A stretch of 32,000 bases of DNA, from NCBI GenBank assembly GCA_025839675.1, contig CP104013.1, forward strand, positions 3,990,001 to 4,022,000, given 5' to 3'. Made by a program: the position numbers and the translations under genes. The stretch comes from Candidatus Lokiarchaeum ossiferum (GTDB taxonomy: Archaea > Asgardarchaeota > Lokiarchaeia > Sigyniarchaeales > Promethearchaeaceae). This document shows positions 8,720 to 15,680 of this stretch, one piece after another. The notes below the pieces were generated by a model, which worked only from the letters and a program-made list of their open reading frames with translations, ran no database searches and was not told where the DNA came from. Numbering within the stretch: the stretch's first letter is position 1; each line of letters starts with the position of its first letter.

Positions 8720-9748
8720 CTACCAAGTTAAACTCATAATTGTTCCGTTTAATCCACTTCCCATTCCCATTAAAGCGATTTGATCTCCCGCATTCAATGT
8801 TTTGGTTTCTGCAGCATCAATCAGTGCCATAGGTAATGCAGCAGATGCCATATTACCATATTTTTCTAAAATAATATGGAATTTATCATGATTCAATTTA
8901 CAAGCATTGCACAGAGCTTCAATTTGTCGATTACTCGTTTGATGAGGGATATACCTATCAATATATTGATCATTCCAATTTGGCCATGTTTGATTCGCTT
9001 TAGCCCAAGTTTTGACTGCCAGTTTTATTCCTTCTACCATCATACCATGAGTATTTGCATACATCTGGGAGTGGTCCAGACTGGCAAGACATAGTTTATT
9101 ATGATCTTCTGCAGTATTTGCGACATTTACTGCATCATTTATAACATGCTGGGATTCCGCAATATCTTCATTAGCAATTAACATTGCAACTGCTCCTGAT
9201 CCAAGAGTTAATGTTGCAAAATTCGACTTATAATCGTCCATTTTGCAATTGGTTGATTTTAACATTCTGAGAGTATTCTCCAACGCCTTAATCGATCCTT
9301 CACTAGATACTAATAACCCATATTTCTTGATCTTTCCTGCATTTATCATTGTTTTAATTAGCTCCATCCCATTTACAAAACCTAAACATGCATTGGAAAT
9401 ATCAAAGTTGAAACAATGGGGAGATAAATTTAGATTACCATGAACCAAGCTGGCTTGCGAAGGTTCAATATAATCTCTACAAATGGAAGTGTTGATTATA
9501 CATTCGATGTCTTGAGAATCAATTCCAGCCTTTTCAATTACTTTTATTGCTGCTTTTGTAGTTGTTTCATAATATTTTATACCATGTTCCCAAAATCGCC
9601 GTTCTTTTATTCCAGTAATATTTTCAAGACTACCACGCGGAATATCGAGCCTTCCTAAAGTGTCTTCAATCTGTTCTTCAATCCAATCTGAAGTTATTAC
9701 ATTTGGGGCTTGATGATAGTCAATTGCTTCAATGTGCGCTTTTTTCAT
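8720..9748 (-). CDS. FabH-like (KAS III family) thiolase-fold condensing enzyme
   Basis: It aligns by eye with E. coli FabH. FDISNACLGF carries the active-site Cys121 (codon 9386-9388). YIPHQTSNRQI carries the catalytic His. YGNMASAALPMAL carries the catalytic Asn. The C-terminus GMGSGLNGTIMSLTW matches FabH GGGFTWGSALVRF. The length of 342 aa is typical. Confidence 0.85.
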   Translation of the reverse strand: MKKAHIEAIDYHQAPNVITSDWIEEQIEDTLGRLDIPRGSLENITGIKERRFWEHGIKYYETTTKAAIKVIEKAGIDSQDIECIINTSICRDYIEPSQASLVHGNLNLSPHCFNFDISNACLGFVNGMELIKTMINAGKIKKYGLLVSSEGSIKALENTLRMLKSTNCKMDDYKSNFATLTLGSGAVAMLIANEDIAESQHVINDAVNVANTAEDHNKLCLASLDHSQMYANTHGMMVEGIKLAVKTWAKANQTWPNWNDQYIDRYIPHQTSNRQIEALCNACKLNHDKFHIILEKYGNMASAALPMALIDAAETKTLNAGDQIALMGMGSGLNGTIMSLTW

Positions 9749-9972
9749 GCTATTTAATTCCTTTTTTTTTGGATGATCCTACTATAAATACTCAAGTAGT
9801 ATAAACAAGACATGAATTTTTCTTCTTTAATACAATATATTGCCACCAAACTAGGATTATCATTGCGTGTCTGAGTATTCTAAAATTGAAGAAATGAAAA
9901 AAACGTGAAGTAGGGGGTGTGATTTCCTAATTTGATAAGGATTTGGGTTGTTTTTTCTCTGTTTTTTTGAAG

Positions 9973-12093
9973 TTATTCCGTACTGCTTTTATTGCTTTTT
10001 GGAATAAATAGGAAAAACGTGGTTCCCTCATGTAGCTTGCTTTTTACCTGAATTTCACCATGATGTTGCTTCATGATAGAATAACATATAGAGAGTCCTA
10101 AACCTGTTCCCGTAGGTTTAGTCGTAAAATAAGGATCATAGATTTTGGGCAAAATTTGTGGATCAATACCGCAACCAAAATCTTGGATAGAAATCATCAC
10201 ATAATCCTTTTCATCCAGATTATAGAGTTTTGTCTCAGTAGGAGTAATATTTTTAGCAACAACTTTAATTAATCCCCCATTCTCCATCGCTTGGCTTGCA
10301 TTTAAAACAAGGTTTTGAATTACTTGGGAAATTTGGTCAGAATCGATATCAACGGGCCATAAATCATCGTCAATTTGTAGATCTGGCTTTGAATTAGATC
10401 CACTTAACGTAAAGGTAATGATTTCAGAAAGCATTTCTTGAATGGAAATTTTTTCTAATGTTGGTGCTCCACCCTTAGAAAAGGTCAATAATTGTTTGGT
10501 TAACTTCTGAGCTCGGATGGATGCATTTTGCGCTTCAGAAATAACATTCTTCACTTGATTTATATCCTTAGATTCTAACAATAAATCCGCAAGAGATAGA
10601 TTTCCCATAATAATTGTTAAAATATTGTTGAAATCATGGGCAATTCCTCCTGCCAGAACTCCCAGTGATTCAATATTCCTATTTTTTGCTAATTCTGCTT
10701 CATCCTGAAGTTTTTTGGTGATATCTTCAATACTTGCAATCATTCCGTCGAAATTGCCTGCAGAATCGAATATGGGACTCGCATTAATAGACAATATTTT
10801 TCTCTTTTGAGATTTGTAACGTATGGAATGGATGATATTGAATACTGGTTTTTGGGTTGATTTTACGATTTGAAATGGAAGTTTATTATTTGGTAATGGT
10901 TCTCCGTTAATATCTTCGATTAACCATTCTGGACTATCATATTTCATAGGGTTTGGACTTGTTTTACGAAGATTTAGAATTTGTTTGGCATGTTCATTTG
11001 CAAATGTGATCTCTCCATTTTTATCGACCACCGTTACGCTAAATGGAACGGTTTGGATAAAGGAACTCATTTTCTGTTGTTCCAGAATGATTTGTTTTTC
11101 CATACTTCGTTGATGGGTGATATCAATCCCTACACTTAGGCTAGCTTCTAAATTTCCTGATCTGTCCGGGATAGTACTATTTTTCCAAAGGATTAATTTT
11201 TGAGTTCCATCTTTTGTCAAAACGGGATTTTCGTAAACGCTAAAACTAATTTTCTTTTCTTTTACAGTCTCTTTGAAAACTTTTTTTATTTCCTCTTTTC
11301 TCTCTGGAAGAATACAAGTGTCAAACCAATTTTTTCCTAGTATTTCAGAGATATTGTAATTTAGCAATTTTGCCCCCGGTTCATTAATATAATTGATGCA
11401 TGCATTCTGATCCAACACAACGGTAATATCTCCTGCGAGATCAAGGTACTTTAAAAATTTATTTTGCTCCTTTTTAAGCATTTCGAAGGAAAGAGCTTGA
11501 TCCACATATTTTCCAATTAAATAGGAAAGCGTAGATAAATAATTTGTAATATATCGATCAAATTCTGAAGAAAACTGCGGATAATTATTCAGAGCTTCCT
11601 GTATTTTCTCCATCGGGATCTTAAATTTCAAAGAAAGTTCTTTTAACTCATGAAAATCAGTAGGTGGGTTACCATAACCAACATTAATACTGCCGATGAC
11701 TAAATCATCTAAAAATATAGGGACTCCAACCATCTGTATTTTTCCATGACATGTTATGCGTACAAGTCGTTTTTCTTCAATAGAACGCTTAGAGCAGTCT
11801 GTCCAGCAAGATTCATGGCAAAGCCACTTTCCACTTTGGATTGCAGTCGCTTGATCCTGACACTTACAAAGATTAAAGGAAGCGTCTGACAATGTTTTGC
11901 AATAATTTGAGGTAAATAGTTCATACGCATAGCTTCCATCGATCTCATAAATTGCAAGGGATGTCTGGAGTAATTCAATCAGTGGTAGTGCTATTTTGTG
12001 CAAAACAGAATGTCCTAACGAATTTCGAATAAGATGGCTTGGGATGGCTGTTTTAGTAAAGTATTTTGCCGATGAAATTGGTTCTTCTTGCAT
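9973..12093 (-). CDS. Cytoplasmic sensor histidine kinase: PocR domain, PAS domains, HisKA, HATPase_c
   Basis: The N-terminus has PocR-like motifs (NYCKTL...CKCQD...ITCHGKIQMVGVPIFLDDLVIGSINVG). Two to three PAS-like segments follow (e.g. ITVVLDQNACINYINEPGAKLLNY..., SVTVVDKNGEITFANEHAKQIL...). The H-box is GGIAHDFNNILTIIMG. The N-box is QNLVLNASQAM and the G-boxes are DFGCGI and GTGLGLSICYSIM. I see no TM segment. Confidence 0.92.
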   Translation of the reverse strand: MQEEPISSAKYFTKTAIPSHLIRNSLGHSVLHKIALPLIELLQTSLAIYEIDGSYAYELFTSNYCKTLSDASFNLCKCQDQATAIQSGKWLCHESCWTDCSKRSIEEKRLVRITCHGKIQMVGVPIFLDDLVIGSINVGYGNPPTDFHELKELSLKFKIPMEKIQEALNNYPQFSSEFDRYITNYLSTLSYLIGKYVDQALSFEMLKKEQNKFLKYLDLAGDITVVLDQNACINYINEPGAKLLNYNISEILGKNWFDTCILPERKEEIKKVFKETVKEKKISFSVYENPVLTKDGTQKLILWKNSTIPDRSGNLEASLSVGIDITHQRSMEKQIILEQQKMSSFIQTVPFSVTVVDKNGEITFANEHAKQILNLRKTSPNPMKYDSPEWLIEDINGEPLPNNKLPFQIVKSTQKPVFNIIHSIRYKSQKRKILSINASPIFDSAGNFDGMIASIEDITKKLQDEAELAKNRNIESLGVLAGGIAHDFNNILTIIMGNLSLADLLLESKDINQVKNVISEAQNASIRAQKLTKQLLTFSKGGAPTLEKISIQEMLSEIITFTLSGSNSKPDLQIDDDLWPVDIDSDQISQVIQNLVLNASQAMENGGLIKVVAKNITPTETKLYNLDEKDYVMISIQDFGCGIDPQILPKIYDPYFTTKPTGTGLGLSICYSIMKQHHGEIQVKSKLHEGTTFFLFIPKSNKSSTE

Positions 12094-12160
12094 TATATTT
12101 TCATTTTTCCATTTTTAAGATAGGAAAGGCTTGTTTAAACTTATTAACCTAAAATTATTC

Positions 12161-12209
12161 TCCTAATAATATTTTCTTTGATAACTATCCTAATAATATT
12201 TTCTTTGAT
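12161..12209. repeat. Perfect 22-bp direct repeat TCCTAATAATATTTTCTTTGAT x2 (period 27 bp) in the histidine-kinase upstream region
   Basis: Copy 1 is at 12161-12182, the spacer AACTA at 12183-12187 and copy 2 at 12188-12209. A degenerate third copy (TATCAATAATTTTGAT) follows at about 12231-12246. The repeat lies 68-116 bp upstream of the kinase start codon (12093, minus strand). Confidence 0.9.
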
Positions 12210-12488
12210 TGTGATTAATCTATCAATAATTTTGATTTGCTTACTTCTTTTTTCCATTAATTAAATCGAGCGTAAGTAAAAAAAATCTATGAAAATTAAT
12301 TGCTCAATTATTACTTGCCCAAAAGCTAGAAAAAAACGATCCACTGTATAGTGAATTAGAGAAAAAAATTGCCTTAGACGGCACCCACGACCATAAATTA
12401 CAGAATTATATACAATTCTTCAAATCTGTTATATGTAGTGGGTCTCATGTCATATTCCAACAATAAAATTGACTGGATCTAAAAAATC

Positions 12489-13019
12489 TTAATTCATCGC
12501 ATACTTCTTGGTCCATTCTTTCGCTTTTGATTCAAACTTGTTGTAATGATTCAACGCTTGATCTCCCGCTTCAAAATTTAACGGATCAGCAGGATTGAAG
12601 AAGGGGGGCTCACAATGGATCTGACCTTTCAATGCTTCAATGATGTTTGTTAACGTTTTGGAAGGTGTCCAGCCACTTGCACCTGTTTTTATGTCTACTT
12701 TTCCTACTAATTCCGGATTCACTAAATCTAAACAGATATTGAGTTTGCCTGGACCTATAGATGAGTCAATGTTAGGATGCCACAACAAGGTATGACAGTA
12801 ACAATAGGGAGGCGCGAAAGGAAAGTCCTCACCCATTTTGATTTCAAACATGAATTTACCGCCCTCATAGGGAGTATTGGGTCGGCCTGTGATAGTTAAA
12901 CGGAGATGATCAACGCTCATACCCCATGGTTCGAGTTTAATAAAGGAATTATCTTTAAATGCTTCTAAAGCTTCTGTATAATCGACTTCTTCTCTAATAA
13001 TGAACACCTTGTAATGCAT
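12489..13019 (-). CDS. UBC-fold E2 ubiquitin-conjugating enzyme homologue (eukaryotic signature protein)
   Basis: The canonical E2 core reads PYEGGKFMFEIKMGEDFPFAPP ... WHPNI ... G.LNICLDLV ... WTP. The HPN triad is at codons 12771-12779 and the catalytic Cys96 codon at 12732-12734. The C-terminal helix AKEWTKKYAMN is nearly identical to the UBE2D/Ubc4 C-terminus as I recall it (AREWTQKYAM / AREWTKKYAV). Confidence 0.88.
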   Translation of the reverse strand: MHYKVFIIREEVDYTEALEAFKDNSFIKLEPWGMSVDHLRLTITGRPNTPYEGGKFMFEIKMGEDFPFAPPYCYCHTLLWHPNIDSSIGPGKLNICLDLVNPELVGKVDIKTGASGWTPSKTLTNIIEALKGQIHCEPPFFNPADPLNFEAGDQALNHYNKFESKAKEWTKKYAMN

Positions 13020-13319
13020 GAATGCTTCATGCGATTTTGTAATCGTCGAGAGACGAAAACTTTGTGATAATATTACTAAAGATTGTTGACTTTAAAATTA
13101 TATACTTTATCTGAATTGGTATTCATATTTTTAGTTCATAAATGTCGAAAAATTCAAAAAAAGAAGGTAATAATGGTGGTTTTTTAGAATCAGTGACCGA
13201 AGTGATAAAACTAGATTGTGAAATTCACCCTAGCATGAAAAATTGGAGAGAAAAAAATGACCTTTACATTTTTTATGAAAAATCCATATTTTATCCATTT
13301 ATTTGGAGGAATACAAAAT

Positions 13320-13559
13320 CTAGATTCCCTTGAAGGTTTTACCCGCAGAAATGACTTGATTGATATTTCTCTGATAATCCTCATTTCCCCGTCTTTTTGC
13401 TTCGTCAAGTGTGTTTTCAGAGTCTTGGGGATTCTGGCGGATATTTTGGGATTCCATCCGACGGTTTTTAGATTTTCGATCCAAAATCCAAGAACCAAGA
13501 ATTCCGACTACGACAACTATTAGAAATATAATTCCCACGACTAGAATTGCATTTGTCAT
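13320..13559 (-). CDS. Possible small single-pass membrane protein (79 aa)
   Basis: The ORF MTNAILVVGIIFLIVVVVGILGSWIL has one clear TM helix followed by a charged tail (DRKSKNRRMESQNIRQNPQDSE...). The track gives a GTG start at 13568, but the ATG at 13559 is more likely. It is the only one of three mutually overlapping ORFs here with a protein-like feature. There is no homology support. Confidence 0.4.
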   Translation of the reverse strand: MTNAILVVGIIFLIVVVVGILGSWILDRKSKNRRMESQNIRQNPQDSENTLDEAKRRGNEDYQRNINQVISAGKTFKGI

Positions 13560-13647
13560 TATAAACACATAGTGACTATGTGGGAATAAAAACTTTCCCC
13601 CTGTGATAGATGTAGAATTTAAGAAGGTTCACCATTAATTTAAAACA

Positions 13648-14202
13648 ATGGGAAAAATATCGTTATCCTTATCACAGAATCCTTTAATTCTTCCAACGGC
13701 GGTTATTTCAGTGGGAGATTTTGATCATGCCAATCTGATCACCCTTGCCTATGCAGGTAAATTATGCTTTAAGCCTTCCATTATCGCTATTGGGATCCAT
13801 CCCCAAAGGTATTCTTATCACTTAATTGAAGAACTTCCGGAATTCGTAATCAATCTCCCAAGGGATGATCAAATGTATGCAGTAGATTATTGTGGAACTC
13901 GTTCGGGAAGAAAATTAAATAAATGGGAAATGTTAAAATTGACCAAAGAACCCAGTTCAATTGTATCTGTTCCTCGAATTAAGGAATTTCCTTTTAATAT
14001 TGAGTGTAAAATAATAAAAAAGCATAGTTTTGGCTCTCATACCAGTTTTTTTGGTGAAATTGTTGCCATACACGCCGATGAATCCCTAGTTGAGGATGGT
14101 AAGCTAAAACATGGTGATATAAACCAACTTGCCTATATTGCAGGCAAATACTTCCAGTTTCCTAACAATCCTGTGGCCAATCAAAATTTTTCCTTAGATT
14201 GA
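13648..14202 (+). CDS. Flavin reductase-like (FMN-binding split-barrel) domain protein
   Basis: The size (184 aa) and pattern fit the Flavin_Reduct family: PTAVISVGD...ANLITLAYAG.LCFKPSIIAIGIHPQRYSYHLIEE..EFVINLP...YCGTRSGR..NKWE...L. Confidence 0.78.
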   Translation: MGKISLSLSQNPLILPTAVISVGDFDHANLITLAYAGKLCFKPSIIAIGIHPQRYSYHLIEELPEFVINLPRDDQMYAVDYCGTRSGRKLNKWEMLKLTKEPSSIVSVPRIKEFPFNIECKIIKKHSFGSHTSFFGEIVAIHADESLVEDGKLKHGDINQLAYIAGKYFQFPNNPVANQNFSLD

Positions 14203-14354
14203 CGAATCTTGTTGATTAAAATAGAAGAATACTAACTTCAATCGGTGAAAATAATTATGCGAACTTACTGAAATAGTGTGAAAAAAGAACCACATTCCTA
14301 ATGTATATGCAATTTTAGAGTGTTAATGCCAGATATCTTCAAATCCTAATTGGA

Positions 14355-15434
14355 TCATTTTGCAAAATCAACATAAGGAAAGGCATTCTGAATTAAATCA
14401 TCAATTTGCTTTCTATCTGGGAATTTATGCGTTTTTATGAAGCTTTGGATTATTTCATCTGGAAAAGATGATACAAATCGTTTTAAAGATTGTGTAAAGA
14501 ATTTTGTGCGGCCTTCTGAAATAACACCTAATCTCCCCGCATTATCTGGAAGGTTTACAAAATAAATCGAAAATCCTGTTGCTTCTATACGATTTAATTC
14601 TCCACCAATTCCCAAATTGTGTTTGATAAGAGAATTAAGAGCAGTAAAAGCACTCGTAATCAGGATATCACGATTAACATCAGCGCTTGCTTCTTCAAAT
14701 TTAAAATGTTTTGAATACATCAGTAATCCTGCATGATCATATATCATAAACGAATGAATTGGAAAGGGAATAGAGTAGAGATATTTTGGATTTCGAATAT
14801 AATTGAGTATAATTATTGTCAAACCCAAAAAAGCAAAAACTAATCCAATGATGCTAAATATTTGGTCCTGTATTACTGAAATATCTCGGATAAAGAAGAT
14901 AATTCTGTAAAAAGTGAGGAAGATAATTCCAATAAATTCAATGAATACTTGTCTATTTTTTGTATTTCGATAGTTTTGCAGAATCATCCAAAAACTGAGG
15001 CAAATTGCTATTAAAGATGCGGTTGAACCAATAATATACATCCAATCTAAAGAATATGAAATTTGATCAGATGAGAATTGACCTGAATAACTGATAAGTT
15101 GCACCGCTAATATAAGGGTGTACACAATGAAACTAGTGATTAAACTGTAGATCCCAATGTTCAGCCTGTCATTGCTAAGATAAATGTAATGCATGTAAAG
15201 AAAAAGAAATGAAAAGTATGTAGAAGATACACCGATTATTGCAAAAAATGAATCATAAATATTCATGACAAAATAGAAAATATTCCCAAATGAAGCACAA
15301 AATACTGATGCTATAATGTATGGGATATCTGCTTGATTTTTAACAATTCTTATCACCAGAAAAACCAATAAAACTAAAAGTACCACATTTATCGATAGAT
15401 TAATCCATTGATTTACATTTAAAGCGTATATCAT
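14355..15434 (-). CDS. Seven-TM membrane protein with a cytoplasmic C-terminal longin/roadblock-like alpha/beta domain
   Basis: Seven hydrophobic segments lie in aa 10-215. The C-terminal 138 aa (nt 14355-14771) show the pattern IHSFMIYDHAGLLMYSKHF / DILITSAFTALNSLIKHNL / LNRIEATGFSIYFVNL / RLGVISEG / FFTQSLKRFVSSF. The domain call rests on the secondary-structure pattern only. Confidence 0.7.
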   Translation of the reverse strand: MIYALNVNQWINLSINVVLLVLLVFLVIRIVKNQADIPYIIASVFCASFGNIFYFVMNIYDSFFAIIGVSSTYFSFLFLYMHYIYLSNDRLNIGIYSLITSFIVYTLILAVQLISYSGQFSSDQISYSLDWMYIIGSTASLIAICLSFWMILQNYRNTKNRQVFIEFIGIIFLTFYRIIFFIRDISVIQDQIFSIIGLVFAFLGLTIIILNYIRNPKYLYSIPFPIHSFMIYDHAGLLMYSKHFKFEEASADVNRDILITSAFTALNSLIKHNLGIGGELNRIEATGFSIYFVNLPDNAGRLGVISEGRTKFFTQSLKRFVSSFPDEIIQSFIKTHKFPDRKQIDDLIQNAFPYVDFAK

Positions 15435-15680
15435 AGTTAATATTATTCTGATAATATTTATATTAAAACTTGTTAATTATCAGAAATAATTTGGGAATAT
15501 CTTACTGAACTTAATTGAATTAAAATAGGGTCATTTTCTATTTTATTTACTTTATTTTATCCAAATTAATAATTCTTTTTTCTCCGATTATACTGAAATA
15601 TTCCTAATAAAACGAAAGAAAAGATTACAATACCTAAGAAAAAAATACTCGAGGAAGAATCCAATATGTGAGGTATTGAA

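Noticed and set aside
5395-9658. Internal or antisense ORFs 5395..5616(-), 7097..7411(+), 8876..9094(+), 9243..9443(+) and 9440..9658(+)
   Set aside because: Each is nested in an alternative frame or on the opposite strand of the ABC-2 permease, ABC ATPase or FabH-like genes, whose own frames carry the diagnostic motifs.
11754-11978. ORF 11754..11978(-) in a second frame within the histidine-kinase gene
   Set aside because: It is on the same strand but out of frame with the PocR domain region, and the kinase frame carries the conserved PocR pattern. There is no sign of frameshifting, since the kinase frame is continuous.
12289-12351. 20-codon ORF MKINCSIITCPKARKKRSTV in the E2-kinase intergenic region
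   Set aside because: It is too short, has no RBS-like sequence upstream, and conservation cannot be assessed. It is most likely chance in AT-rich DNA.
13142-13523. Overlapping ORFs 13142..13333(+), 13211..13498(-) and 13257..13523(+) in the E2/flavin-reductase gap
   Set aside because: They are mutually exclusive with each other and with 13320..13559(-). None has a TM segment, motif or plausible RBS. I kept only the ORF with a clear TM helix, and that at low confidence. I also checked whether any could be a ubiquitin-like protein ending in Gly-Gly next to the E2, and none is.
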